DNA of 64,000 nt from Bacilli bacterium (GCA_045598525.1 JAZLMH010000003.1:23892-87891); one strand, 5' to 3'; shown: positions 47,486 through 57,410, counted from the stretch's first letter. The notes: generated by a model from the letters alone, not told the origin. Numbers and translations: made by a program.

Positions 47486-49657
47486 TTACTTTCTAATTTT
47501 TCTATAAAGAATAAGAAGAGAATTAATGACAAGAGCGACAGTTAAGCCAGTATCAGCAAGAACGGCTGCCCACATTGGAAGACTCCATCCTGAGACTCCG
47601 AAGTAATTTAATAGCGAGAACGTTATTGCCACCGCTTCGATTGAGAGTTTGATGGCCAAGGCCGTAATCAAGTTAAATTTAGCTGTTCTATGAGCGATTT
47701 TTGCGATTTTATAGGCGTCATAGACTTTATATGGGTCGTCGTTCATGATGATGACATCAGCGTTTTCAACCGCGACATCGCTTCCAATGCCACCCATTGC
47801 CACACCAATATCAGCCATGCGGATGCTTGCGGCATCATTAATGCCATCGCCAATATAAGCGGTCGCATAGCCTTTGCTCATTTCTGTTTCCAGGAGCTTT
47901 GTTTTATCTTCTGGGAGAAGTTCGCTATGATAACGATCGATCCCGATTTCCTGAGAGATAATCTTAGCGTTCTCTTCTTTATCTCCTGTAAGGAGAACAA
48001 CCTCCATTTTGTCTTTATGGAGAGCGGAGACAAGTTCAACCGCTTCAGGTTTGACCGAATCACTTAAGATAACGTAACCAAGGTATTTAGAATCAGCGAC
48101 ACAATAAATTGTGACACCCATTCCTTTAACTTCAGGAACTTCGTAGTTTAAGGCTTTCATCATCTTTGAATTGCCTGCCACTACTTCTTTGCCTTGATAA
48201 AGGGTTTTGACGCCTTGGCCAACTATCTCCTCATAGTTTTCGAGGCTATTTGCGATCTTGCTTGTATCAACTTCGTGACAAACCGCTCTTGCGATTGGGT
48301 GGGTTGATAAGCATTCTGCGGCATAGAGGTTTTCAAGAAGCTCTTCCTTAGAAACGCCTTCAGCCATTTCGATTGTCGTGATTGAGAAAGAACCTTTGGT
48401 TATTGTGCCTGTTTTATCAGAAACAAGCTTTTTCATTCTATTTAATTCATCAAAGAATGTTGTTCCTTTGATAACGATACCGTTTTTGGAGGCTAAACCT
48501 ATTGCGGAGAAATAGGCCATAGGGATAGAAATAACGACAGCGCACGGGCAAGCTATGACAAGCATTTTTAAGCCTGTTAAGACAAATAACGACCATTCGT
48601 TTGTGATAAGCCCGCCGATAACCGCGAAGATGATAGAAACGATGAAGACGATTGGTGTATATAATCTAGCGAATTTCGTGATGAATTTATCCGCTTTGGA
48701 TTTTCGTTCGCCGCTTGTTGTGACGAGTTCCATGATTTTGGAAACGGTCGAATCCTTGTATTCTTTCTTAACTTCAACCTTAATCATGCCCGTTTTGACT
48801 AAGCATCCCGCAAAAACATCAGATTTGACGTTTGCTTCGACTGGCATGAATTCGCCCGTTAACGATGATGTATCAATGTTTGCGGTTCCTTCGACGATAA
48901 CGCCATCAGTTGGGATCATTTCACCAACGTTAACGACAACGATATCGCCAACTTTGAGCTCTTCTGGAGCAACTCTTTTAACAGATTCACCATCTACTTT
49001 GTTAGCATAGCTAACACGGAGATCTACAGCTGACATAATTGCTTCTTTGCTCTTATTTGTGGCAATACCTTCAAAGATACGTCCGACTTGGAAAAGAGTG
49101 ACAACCATGACACTTTCCATGAAGTCGCCACTATCAATTGCGGCGATAATATAAGCGCCAATAACGGAAATGCTGATTAAAAGATATTCATCGATTGGGT
49201 TTTCTAGATGAATGATTTTCTTGATGACTTTCCAAAGGATGTCATAAGTTAAAACAACGATTGCAATGAAATATGCAATGAAATTAGCCCAGAATTGCCA
49301 TTCTCCATACATATGTGGGCCTTCGCAATCAAAAGCAAAGACTGTGTAATTCAAAACAACAACCAGAACGCCTACTAAAACCCTAGCAAGAAGGGTGAAG
49401 AATGATTTATCGAAGATCTTTGTCTTTTTTACTTGGGTGTCGTTTGGGGTGATTTCAATTTCATCAGATTCCACTTCGGCAATAACCGCAAGGATCTCTT
49501 CGATGGTCATTTCCTCGCCTTTATAGTTCATATAGAGCTTATTCCCGGCGAAATCTAAACGGACATTTGCAATTTTTGGGTGTTTTGCAAGATGTCTTTC
49601 AACTTTTGCCGCGCAGTTAGCGCATTCAAATCCTGAAATGTTATAAACCTTTTTCAT
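47486..49657 (-). CDS. Heavy-metal translocating P1B-type ATPase (Cd/Zn/Co-type)
   Basis: N-terminal HMA domain (GFECANCA), TM CPC motif (ACPCAVV), DKTGT, an HP motif (STHPIA) and GDGINDA. Confidence 0.9.
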   Translation of the reverse strand: MKKVYNISGFECANCAAKVERHLAKHPKIANVRLDFAGNKLYMNYKGEEMTIEEILAVIAEVESDEIEITPNDTQVKKTKIFDKSFFTLLARVLVGVLVVVLNYTVFAFDCEGPHMYGEWQFWANFIAYFIAIVVLTYDILWKVIKKIIHLENPIDEYLLISISVIGAYIIAAIDSGDFMESVMVVTLFQVGRIFEGIATNKSKEAIMSAVDLRVSYANKVDGESVKRVAPEELKVGDIVVVNVGEMIPTDGVIVEGTANIDTSSLTGEFMPVEANVKSDVFAGCLVKTGMIKVEVKKEYKDSTVSKIMELVTTSGERKSKADKFITKFARLYTPIVFIVSIIFAVIGGLITNEWSLFVLTGLKMLVIACPCAVVISIPMAYFSAIGLASKNGIVIKGTTFFDELNRMKKLVSDKTGTITKGSFSITTIEMAEGVSKEELLENLYAAECLSTHPIARAVCHEVDTSKIANSLENYEEIVGQGVKTLYQGKEVVAGNSKMMKALNYEVPEVKGMGVTIYCVADSKYLGYVILSDSVKPEAVELVSALHKDKMEVVLLTGDKEENAKIISQEIGIDRYHSELLPEDKTKLLETEMSKGYATAYIGDGINDAASIRMADIGVAMGGIGSDVAVENADVIIMNDDPYKVYDAYKIAKIAHRTAKFNLITALAIKLSIEAVAITFSLLNYFGVSGWSLPMWAAVLADTGLTVALVINSLLILYRKIRK

Positions 49658-50004
49658 TATTCTTCCTCCATGACGTGTTCATAGACAGTCTTAAGAATTG
49701 AACGGACGTGGCCGTCTGCTAAGAAATAGATCATCTTAGTGCCTTCTCTTCTCGATGAGATAAGGTCAACGTCTTTAAGGACTTTCAATTGATGGGAGAC
49801 AAGAGATTGCTCTAAGCCCGTAAGGCTGACAATCTCTGAAACACTTCTCTCTCTTTTACAGTGAAGGCATTCGCAACTACTGCATTCGTGATTGCAAGTG
49901 CAACCACAATCATCAAACAAGACGTGAAGTATTTTGAGACGAGAAACATCATCCATGACATGGTAGATTTTCTTCATTTTTTCAAGAGTGATAAGTTCAG
50001 GCAT
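49657..50004 (-). CDS. ArsR/SmtB-family metalloregulator with an inserted Cys cluster
   Basis: wHTH (SVSEIVSLTGLEQSLVSHQLKVLKD). It is preceded by DDCGCTCNHECSSCECLHCKRE (8 Cys). It overlaps the ATPase start. Confidence 0.85.
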   Translation of the reverse strand: MPELITLEKMKKIYHVMDDVSRLKILHVLFDDCGCTCNHECSSCECLHCKRERSVSEIVSLTGLEQSLVSHQLKVLKDVDLISSRREGTKMIYFLADGHVRSILKTVYEHVMEEE

Positions 50005-50025
50005 AAGTTACCTCCCGACATTATT

Positions 50026-50045
50026 ATATGAATGTGCTTTCATAT
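50026..50045. promoter_or_regulatory. Candidate ArsR-type operator
   Basis: ATATGAA-tgtgct-TTCATAT contains the TGAA...TTCA core typical of ArsR/SmtB operators. It lies 22 nt upstream of the arsR start. TTCATATTTAC is repeated directly at 50039 and 50072. Confidence 0.4.
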
Positions 50046-50092
50046 TTACAACAAGTATTTATGATTATTTGTTCATATTTACTTTTATAAAA

Positions 50093-50118
50093 TAAAAAGA
50101 CCTGCAAACAGGTCTTTT
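50093..50118. terminator. Intrinsic terminator after the ABC-2 operon
   Basis: AAAAAGACCTG-caaa-CAGGTCTTTT. Confidence 0.75.
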
Positions 50119-50134
50119 CCATTGAGGTAATTTC

Positions 50135-50833
50135 TTATAAATCCACTTTGCTAAAGAGTTTGTCCGCTATCTTGAAAGAAAAGAAATGCAAGCCTGCGCT
50201 TATTAAGATTCCTACCGTTAGAGCCGCTAATGAAATGAGGATATTCCCTTCAAAGAAATCTTTATATGCAGGTATTGATAAAGGGAGAACAACGACAAAG
50301 ATTGTCTCAATTGTCATAAATACGAGCATTCCAATAAGGGTTGGGCCAACGATTGAACGGCCATTTCTATAGAACATAGAGAAGAAAATCAAATCGTAGA
50401 CGGCAAATGAGACGATTGTGAAGCCTGCTGAAGCGAATAATCCTTTGATACCAAAGCCAATGTCCATAAGCTCTTCTGCTTGCTCTGGGGTAAGGCTTGG
50501 GTCACTAAGCATAGCGTCTTTAAAGATCTGACCAACAGGCGCTAAAGCACAAGTTAAGATAACGGTGACGACTTGGAGGAAGATTACGGTCATCATCCTT
50601 GCTTTAATAACGTCACTTTTCTTAATAGGAAGAAGGCAAGAGAAGTAAATGTCGTTGCTTTGCTGTCCTTTATTAGCGCCCAAGAATAAGATCGGATAAG
50701 CTGAGCAGATATAAATAAAACCGATGAATCCTGGATAAGATGGGATTAAAACCATCAAAGGAAACACGAAGAGAAACACCCAGACAACAGGGTGCATCGC
50801 AAGTTTCATTTCTTTATAAAATAAATTCTTCAT
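50135..50833 (-). CDS. ABC-2 type transporter permease
   Basis: 232 aa with about 6 TM helices. It overlaps the upstream ATPase gene by 20 nt. Confidence 0.7.
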   Translation of the reverse strand: MKNLFYKEMKLAMHPVVWVFLFVFPLMVLIPSYPGFIGFIYICSAYPILFLGANKGQQSNDIYFSCLLPIKKSDVIKARMMTVIFLQVVTVILTCALAPVGQIFKDAMLSDPSLTPEQAEELMDIGFGIKGLFASAGFTIVSFAVYDLIFFSMFYRNGRSIVGPTLIGMLVFMTIETIFVVVLPLSIPAYKDFFEGNILISLAALTVGILISAGLHFFSFKIADKLFSKVDL

Positions 50834-51689
50834 GATGCTTGCCCCTTTCTAAATAGACCATTATCTGTTCAAGATCTGGTTCTTTTTTATCGATGTTTTT
50901 GCCTTCAAGCAATCTTTCATCGCTTGATTTGATTAACGCTTCAAATCTGTCGCCTTCTTTTTTATTGGCGAGCGCGACTCTTTCTAAAGTTGAATCGAAT
51001 TGGCTTAAAGGACCGCTGATTAAGAAATATTCTTTGACGAAGCTCTCTTTTGTTCCTTCGTAGACTTTCTTTCCTTCTTTGATATAAAGGATATCGTCTG
51101 CACATTTATCGAGGTCGCTTGTGATGTGGGTTGAGAAGATGATTGATCTTTCCCCTTCTTTGACAAGAGATTTAAAGATATCGAGAATCTCATCGCGGCT
51201 GATTGGGTCTAAACCGCTTGTAGGTTCATCTAACATAAGAAGTTTTGCGTCGTGGGACAAAGCGAGGGCGAGTGAGTATTTGACTTTCATGCCGCTTGAT
51301 AATTCCTGAAGCTTCTTTTTGATATCAAGGTTGAAATAATTAGTTAATTTGTCGAATCTTTCTTTAGAGAAATTTGGATAGAACCTGGATATGACATCGG
51401 CCATATCTTTGATTGTTTTATTTGGATAATAGTTAAGTTCGCTTAGTGCGAAGCCGATTTCCTGTTTTGCCTCTTTTTCGTGGGTTTTCATGTCGTTTCC
51501 CATGAAAAAGACTTCGCCTTCATCGAAATTAAGGAGGTTCATAATACCTTTTAATGTGGTTGTTTTACCTGCTCCGTTTCTTCCAATGAAACCGACGATT
51601 CTTCCTTTTTTGACATTAAAAGAAAAGTCTTCTAATGCGAAGCTTTTGAACTTTTTGCTAACGTTCCTAACTTCTAGTATCGTTTCCAT
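50814..51689 (-). CDS. ABC transporter ATP-binding protein
   Basis: GRNGAGKTT, LSSGMKVK and LMLDEPTSGLD motifs. Confidence 0.9.
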   Translation of the reverse strand: METILEVRNVSKKFKSFALEDFSFNVKKGRIVGFIGRNGAGKTTTLKGIMNLLNFDEGEVFFMGNDMKTHEKEAKQEIGFALSELNYYPNKTIKDMADVISRFYPNFSKERFDKLTNYFNLDIKKKLQELSSGMKVKYSLALALSHDAKLLMLDEPTSGLDPISRDEILDIFKSLVKEGERSIIFSTHITSDLDKCADDILYIKEGKKVYEGTKESFVKEYFLISGPLSQFDSTLERVALANKKEGDRFEALIKSSDERLLEGKNIDKKEPDLEQIMVYLERGKHHEEFIL

Positions 51690-51766
51690 TTTAGTTCCTT
51701 CTTTCGGGTATATTATCTACTACAATTTATAGAAATTCAAGAAAATTCATAATGATTCAGTATCTG

Positions 51767-52366
51767 TTACTTAGGTAAACGAATCCATTCATCAATCATC
51801 TTCATTTCTTCTTCGGTATGTAAATAATGCTCTCCATTTTCCACTACATTGAGCGTCGCCCCTATTTTTGTCGAGAAAAACACGATGGTCTCGAAAGACT
51901 GAAGGTTATCTTTTTCTCCATAAAGAATGTGCGTTGGCTTTTTCCAAAATAGCGGGTTATCCCTTACATAGTTTAAGTATTCATAAGAAAGAGTCTCGCC
52001 AAAGCCTGTTTCAATAATTTTCTTTTCTTCCAATTCTTCTTCGGTGACACCAGCTATATTCATCATGTTTTTAATTAGGCGGTTCATATCGACAATTGGG
52101 GAAATGAAGAAAGCTTTATCTATGTGCTTATTTGATAAAGCGTGCATAGAAAAATAAGCGCCTATGCTGTTTGCAAGGAGAATAACAGAGTCATAACCTT
52201 TGGTTAATTTATCAAAGAGTTTAGGGAATTCCTCTTTTGCTTCCCATGGGGTGCTTGCCTTATAGTCTAAGCCCACTACATCGGCTTTATTAAACAATGA
52301 TCTATAGTGATTTGCTTCTTTTGGCGAGCCGTTTTTGCCATGAACATATATAACGATTTGTTTCAT
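51767..52366 (-). CDS. Small alpha/beta-fold serine hydrolase
   Basis: Nucleophile elbow ANSIGA, with a later Asp (GEKD) and His (NGEHY) in canonical triad order. Confidence 0.65.
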   Translation of the reverse strand: MKQIVIYVHGKNGSPKEANHYRSLFNKADVVGLDYKASTPWEAKEEFPKLFDKLTKGYDSVILLANSIGAYFSMHALSNKHIDKAFFISPIVDMNRLIKNMMNIAGVTEEELEEKKIIETGFGETLSYEYLNYVRDNPLFWKKPTHILYGEKDNLQSFETIVFFSTKIGATLNVVENGEHYLHTEEEMKMIDEWIRLPK

Positions 52367-52373
52367 GGAATAA

Positions 52374-53075
52374 CTAGGCGATTTCTTCTATCGAAGATTC
52401 CTCGCCAGTTGAAACTTCTTCTTTTGCGTTCTTCTTATTTTGGCCAAACGTCTTGTAATCGAATGCTTCTCCTTTAAGAAGAGGGAGACCAACCGCCATA
52501 ATCACCACGAACATTATTGAAACTAATGTTGCGAAGATGCTTATCCAGTTTAATTCTCCTGTGAATGTGCCAACAAGAGCGATAAGCCAGGAAAATACAT
52601 ATCCGCAGAATAAGGCTAAGAGGGAACTGCAGGTGATGTATTTGAAGAAGTCTTTCTTAATGAAAAGACTAAGGATGTAGCTAACGCCAAAGACGCCGCC
52701 AGCTAAAGCTACGACAAAGTCGAACATACGTTTTGAGACGGTGACGAATGTTGGGTTATAAATCTCATCGAAGAAATAAATCCAAGTCCATGCGTTATAG
52801 AAATGGCTTACGATGCTAAACCCGAAAATAAGAGTGAAATAGAGTTTTGTATGCTCGTTATTTTTCTTTAATAGGAAATAGACGCCTGTGGCATAAATAC
52901 CAAGATACCAAAGAGTCAAGAATAAACGATAGGCGATATAAGCCGCACCGCTATACTGACAGGCTTCAATAAATTCCATTATCTCTCCGACTGCGGCAAT
53001 ACCAACATAGCCCAAATAAAGATAGAAAAAGATGTTTTTCGCTTTATCCATCAAGGCGTTAAGTTTTTGAATCAT
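52374..53075 (-). CDS. Hypothetical polytopic membrane protein
   Basis: About 6-7 hydrophobic helices and an acidic C-terminal tail. An AGGAGG RBS lies 8 nt upstream of the ATG at 53075 (the track start is 53114). Confidence 0.6.
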   Translation of the reverse strand: MIQKLNALMDKAKNIFFYLYLGYVGIAAVGEIMEFIEACQYSGAAYIAYRLFLTLWYLGIYATGVYFLLKKNNEHTKLYFTLIFGFSIVSHFYNAWTWIYFFDEIYNPTFVTVSKRMFDFVVALAGGVFGVSYILSLFIKKDFFKYITCSSLLALFCGYVFSWLIALVGTFTGELNWISIFATLVSIMFVVIMAVGLPLLKGEAFDYKTFGQNKKNAKEEVSTGEESSIEEIA

Positions 53076-53154
53076 AAATGATTCCTCCTTAGAAACAAAA
53101 CTTATTATAGTCAAAAATTCTTAAAATAAACCAATCTTTTTAGACTTTGAAAGA

Positions 53155-53184
53155 TAAATAAAAAGGTCTGAATTAAATCAGACC
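53155..53184 (-). terminator. Intrinsic terminator after tRNA-Arg
   Basis: On the minus strand: GGTCTGA-tttaat-TCAGACC followed by TTTTTATTTATC. Confidence 0.7.
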
Positions 53185-53196
53185 GTTTTCTAGTTT

Positions 53197-53273
53197 TGGC
53201 GGGCCCGAGGCGACTCGAACGCCTGACCCACAGCTTAGAAGGCTGTTGCTCTATCCAACTGAGCTACGGGCCC
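53197..53273 (-). tRNA. tRNA-Arg (anticodon UCU)
   Basis: The cloverleaf was folded by hand: GGGCCCG-TA-GCTC-AGTTGGATA-GAGC-A-ACAGC-CTTCTAA-GCTGT-GGGTC-AGGCG-TTCGAGT-CGCCT-CGGGCCC-G-CCA. It is 77 nt with an encoded CCA. Confidence 0.9.
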
Positions 53274-53329
53274 GTGCCGAGTTATTATAGGTTAATGATT
53301 TGAGAAATAAAAGAGATTAATGAAATTCA

Positions 53330-55096
53330 CTATAGTGATTTAATCTTTTCTAAGAGACTTAAGGCTACGTCTTTTGGAAGAAGCTGCTCTAATTCGGTTA
53401 GGCTTGCTTGTTTTATGTGATCGATGCTTGGGTAATTTTTATGGAGGACTTCTTTTCTTTTTTCTCCTAACCCTTTAACTCCATCAAAGATGGATGAATG
53501 CATTTTCTTGCTTCTTTCTTTCTTATGGAAGGTTATGGCGAAGCGATGGACTTCGTCTTGCATTCTCATAAGCATGAAAAAGAGAGGGCTTGTGGTTTTT
53601 AAAGGATATGTGACTCCGTCCTTGTCGATTATTCCTTCCGTTTGGTGTCTGTCGTTTTTATATAAACCATAGACAGGGATTTCCACATCGATTGATTTTA
53701 GGGCTTCAAGGGTTGCGTTTACTTGAGGAAGTCCACCATCTGAGAGAATGAGATCTGGGTATTCGAGGTTTTCTTCTTTTAGGCGTCTATATCTTCTTGT
53801 TATTACTTCCACCATGGAATGGTAATCATCTCCGGCGTTTTCATCGCTTAGATGGAATTTCCTATACATTCCTTTTGCGGGTTCCCCATTGATGTAGCAG
53901 ACCATCGCTCCTACTGCGTTATCGCCTTGGAGGTGGGAGTTATCAAATAGTTCAATTCTATATGGGGTTTTGATTTTCAAGAGTCTTCCTAGCTCTTCTA
54001 AGAGGGCTTGGTTATCGTCTTCAAGTCTAGCCGACATGAAATGAGCGTCTAAGCCTTGTCTAGCGTTAAGGGAGGCCATATCCAATAATTCATATAGCCT
54101 GCCTTCTTTCGGCGCGACTACGCGGGTTTCTGGATAGATTGAAAGGAATTCTTCAGCAAAGCCTTCGATGTTACAGACGACTTCGGCTGGAAGATCGTTA
54201 TTTTGATAATATTCCTCTATTAGTTCTGTTACTTGTTCGTTTGGCTCGCCAAATTCCTGGACGACGTTGATTTTCTTTCCTAAAAGAATGCCTCTTCTGA
54301 TTGTTAAGACGGAAAGAGAAAGATATGAATCTCTTGTGGCGTAGGCAAAGATATCGCGATTTGTTTTGTCGGTTGAGACTTCGACGCTTTGTTTAGCGAC
54401 CGTTCTTTCTAAGGCGTCAAGGTTATTTTTATAAAATAACGCATCCTCGAATCTAAGCTCGTCGGAGGCTTTCATCATTTTCTCTTTGAGTTCTTTTTTG
54501 ACTGGCTCGATGTTGCCTTCTAAAAGGGATTTTATTGAGTTATAGAGGTTTTGATATACTTCCTCGTCGATTTTCTTCTCGCAAGGGCCTAAGCATTGGC
54601 CTAGGTGATAATAAAGGCACACTTTCTTGCCTAGGTTCTTGCATTTCCTTGTTGGGTAGATGGAATTTATCAAATCGATTGTCTTATAGGCGTCATTGGA
54701 GTTTGGGAATGGGCCGAAATAGAAATAATTCTTATCGTCTGGATGCCTTGCGATTTTTAGGAACGCGTCTTTTCTTCTTAATGCGATATATGGGTAATGG
54801 GAATCATCCATCAGCATGATGTTATATCTTGGGTAATGGGTCTGGATGAGATTCATCTCAAGGATAAAGGCTTCTTTGTCGGTATGGACGATGATGAAGT
54901 CAAAGTGATCGACGTGGCTCACCATAGCGAAAACTTTCCCGCTTTGTGGGCGAAGGAAATACTGGGACACTCTATTCTTCAGATTCTTGGCTTTGCCAAC
55001 ATAGATGATTTTGTCATCGGCGTCTTTCATTAAATAGACGCCTGGCTTTGTTGGGAGGAGCGCAATCTGACGCTTAAGTTTTTCGCTTAATTCCAT
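53330..55096 (-). CDS. uvrC: Excinuclease ABC subunit C
   Basis: GIY-YIG domain (GVYLMKD..IIYVGKAKNLKNRV), a UVR domain, an endonuclease V-like domain and a C-terminal HhH. Confidence 0.95.
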   Translation of the reverse strand: MELSEKLKRQIALLPTKPGVYLMKDADDKIIYVGKAKNLKNRVSQYFLRPQSGKVFAMVSHVDHFDFIIVHTDKEAFILEMNLIQTHYPRYNIMLMDDSHYPYIALRRKDAFLKIARHPDDKNYFYFGPFPNSNDAYKTIDLINSIYPTRKCKNLGKKVCLYYHLGQCLGPCEKKIDEEVYQNLYNSIKSLLEGNIEPVKKELKEKMMKASDELRFEDALFYKNNLDALERTVAKQSVEVSTDKTNRDIFAYATRDSYLSLSVLTIRRGILLGKKINVVQEFGEPNEQVTELIEEYYQNNDLPAEVVCNIEGFAEEFLSIYPETRVVAPKEGRLYELLDMASLNARQGLDAHFMSARLEDDNQALLEELGRLLKIKTPYRIELFDNSHLQGDNAVGAMVCYINGEPAKGMYRKFHLSDENAGDDYHSMVEVITRRYRRLKEENLEYPDLILSDGGLPQVNATLEALKSIDVEIPVYGLYKNDRHQTEGIIDKDGVTYPLKTTSPLFFMLMRMQDEVHRFAITFHKKERSKKMHSSIFDGVKGLGEKRKEVLHKNYPSIDHIKQASLTELEQLLPKDVALSLLEKIKSL

Positions 55097-55097
55097 G

Positions 55098-57410
55098 TTA
55101 TTTGAGGTGGACTATCGTTGCTCCGCCTCCTCCTTCTTCGCCTGTTGCCCCTTCATATGAGGCAATGAAATCTTTATGGGCGTCGCAATAGCTTCTTACG
55201 AGGTTACGAAGCGCACCGCTTCCCCAGCCATGGATGATTCTTACCCTTTTATAGCGACGGATTAAGCATTCGTCGATGTATTTGGAAAGGGAAAGTTTTG
55301 CTTCTTCGATACGCTGACCGATGATGTTGAGCTCTAATGGAATGCTAGCGCGTTTTGTGACGTCGTCGATTCTGATGTATTTGATTTCTTTCTTCTCCAC
55401 TTTTGGTTCTTCGATTCTGACCGCTTGGTTCTTTTTGGCGTGGAGAGTTAAGCCTTCTTTGGTTATAACGGTAATTTTATTACCGTCTAATGCGGTTAAT
55501 CTTCCTTGGCAGTATAAGCTAGGAAGCGATACATAGTCTCCGACCGATAAAGGGCCATCGAAGGTTTCGGTTCTAACTTCGTCTTGGAGCTCCTCTAGTT
55601 TCTTTTTCGCTTTAATGACTTCGTGAGGTTTGAGATCTGGATGCTGCACGCTTCTTAAAATCTCGTTCATTTGGTCTTCGTAGCCTTCTAAAAGGGCGTT
55701 TTTCTTTTTCTCGACGTCCGCTAAGAAGTTTTCTTCGCGCTTTGCTAAAGCGGCTTCTTTGGATTTAAGCTCTTTCTCATGTCTTTCGAGCTTTGCTCTT
55801 TCTTGGGCGAGTTTGTTTTTCTCTTCTTCTGCTAATCTTGCTTCTTCCGCAAGCTTCTTGATTGCTTCGCTTACCGATAAATCTTCATGTTCTCCAAGAT
55901 ATTCGTTTGCTTTATCTAGTACTTTCACGGGGATTCCGAAACGTTTGGCGACGATTAAGCCAAATGATTCGCCTGGGATTCCCATTTTGAGTTTATATGT
56001 AGGTCTAAGTGTTTCTTCATCGAACATCATTGATGCGTTTGTGACTTCGGGATGAGATAAAGCATAAGCTTTAAGCCCTTCAAAGTGAGAGGAGACAAGA
56101 GTTAAAGCATGCTTTTCAATCAAATAAGAGATAACAGCGAAGGCTAAAGCTTCCCCTTCTTTTGGTGACGTGCCGGTTCCAAGTTCATCTAAAAGAACGA
56201 GGTCTTTTCCCCCGACGTCATTAAGGATTTCCGAAACGTTTCTCATATGCCCGCTGAAGGTTGAAAGGTTGTCGCTTAGTGATTGGGAGTCGCCGATATC
56301 GACATAAATATGCTTAAAGAAGCCAAGCGTTGCCCCTTGATCGCAAGGAACCGCCATGCCTGATTGGTTCATCATAACCATTAAACCGATGGTCTTTAAA
56401 GCGACGGTCTTGCCTCCGGCATTAGGGCCGGAGATGACAATCAAGGATGTTTTTTCGTTCATCATGAAATCGTTAGGAACGACTTTCTTTGGATCAAGAA
56501 GAGGGTGTTTTGCGTTCATGATATCCACGATTGCTTTCTTTGAAAGAATTGCCACGTGGGCATCTGTATCGATCGCGAAATTTGATTTAGCCATGAGGAA
56601 GTCAAGATAGGCAATCATCTTATTGCTTTCTAAGACTTCGTCTTCATGATTCAAAACTTGAATGGTTAATTCCATTAAAAGGCGGTGAATCTCTTCTCTT
56701 TCCTCGTTTTGAAGCTCCACCATCTTGTTGTTCATCTCAACTAAAATGGCCGGTTCGATAAAGGTTGTTCCCCCACTATTTGAGACGTCTTGGACGATAC
56801 CGCGGACTTTGCTTTTATGCGCGTTAGCGACAGGTAAGACGTAATGACCGTTTTTCAAAGTCAGAGTCATGTCGCTTAGATATTCTTTATTTGATTCGAG
56901 GATGCTATTAAGTTTCTTCTTCATCTGCGCCTCAAGGTGCTTCATCGCATGACGGACGTTTTGAAGGGTCGAAGAGGCGTTATCGAATATCGAAAGATCA
57001 GGAGCAATGACTCGATGAATAGCTGATTCGATATATGAAATATTCGGGAAATGTGAGATGTAGTCTAATAAAAGAGGAGATTCGGTTACTTGTTTGAAGA
57101 AGCGTCTCAAGTCCGCTTGAAGAAGAATGTCAGAGGCGACTCTTTCTAAATCTGTCACGCCTAAACAGCCGCCTTTTTTAGCTAAGGTCAAAGCGTATTG
57201 AAGGTCGCTGGAGACTTGGATTGGAAGTTTTCCATAGCGGTCCATGACAGAAACCATTTCTTTTAAGAATTCTAATTCTCTTTCAAGAGCGATCGAATTG
57301 TCGAACATCCTAAGTTCCAAAGCGCGGTGCTTGCCGCCTTGTGTCTTTGTGTAGGATGCTAATTTTTCAGTGATTTTGCTAAACTCAAATTTCTCGTAAA
57401 TGTCTTGCAT
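55098..57410 (-). CDS. mutS2: Endonuclease MutS2 (MutS-family ATPase with a C-terminal Smr domain)
   Basis: GPNAGGKT and DELGTGT motifs, with Smr motif IIHGWGSGALR. The true start is the ATG at 57410 (MQDIYEKFEFSKI). The track ORF extends upstream artefactually. Confidence 0.9.
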   Translation of the reverse strand: MQDIYEKFEFSKITEKLASYTKTQGGKHRALELRMFDNSIALERELEFLKEMVSVMDRYGKLPIQVSSDLQYALTLAKKGGCLGVTDLERVASDILLQADLRRFFKQVTESPLLLDYISHFPNISYIESAIHRVIAPDLSIFDNASSTLQNVRHAMKHLEAQMKKKLNSILESNKEYLSDMTLTLKNGHYVLPVANAHKSKVRGIVQDVSNSGGTTFIEPAILVEMNNKMVELQNEEREEIHRLLMELTIQVLNHEDEVLESNKMIAYLDFLMAKSNFAIDTDAHVAILSKKAIVDIMNAKHPLLDPKKVVPNDFMMNEKTSLIVISGPNAGGKTVALKTIGLMVMMNQSGMAVPCDQGATLGFFKHIYVDIGDSQSLSDNLSTFSGHMRNVSEILNDVGGKDLVLLDELGTGTSPKEGEALAFAVISYLIEKHALTLVSSHFEGLKAYALSHPEVTNASMMFDEETLRPTYKLKMGIPGESFGLIVAKRFGIPVKVLDKANEYLGEHEDLSVSEAIKKLAEEARLAEEEKNKLAQERAKLERHEKELKSKEAALAKREENFLADVEKKKNALLEGYEDQMNEILRSVQHPDLKPHEVIKAKKKLEELQDEVRTETFDGPLSVGDYVSLPSLYCQGRLTALDGNKITVITKEGLTLHAKKNQAVRIEEPKVEKKEIKYIRIDDVTKRASIPLELNIIGQRIEEAKLSLSKYIDECLIRRYKRVRIIHGWGSGALRNLVRSYCDAHKDFIASYEGATGEEGGGGATIVHLK

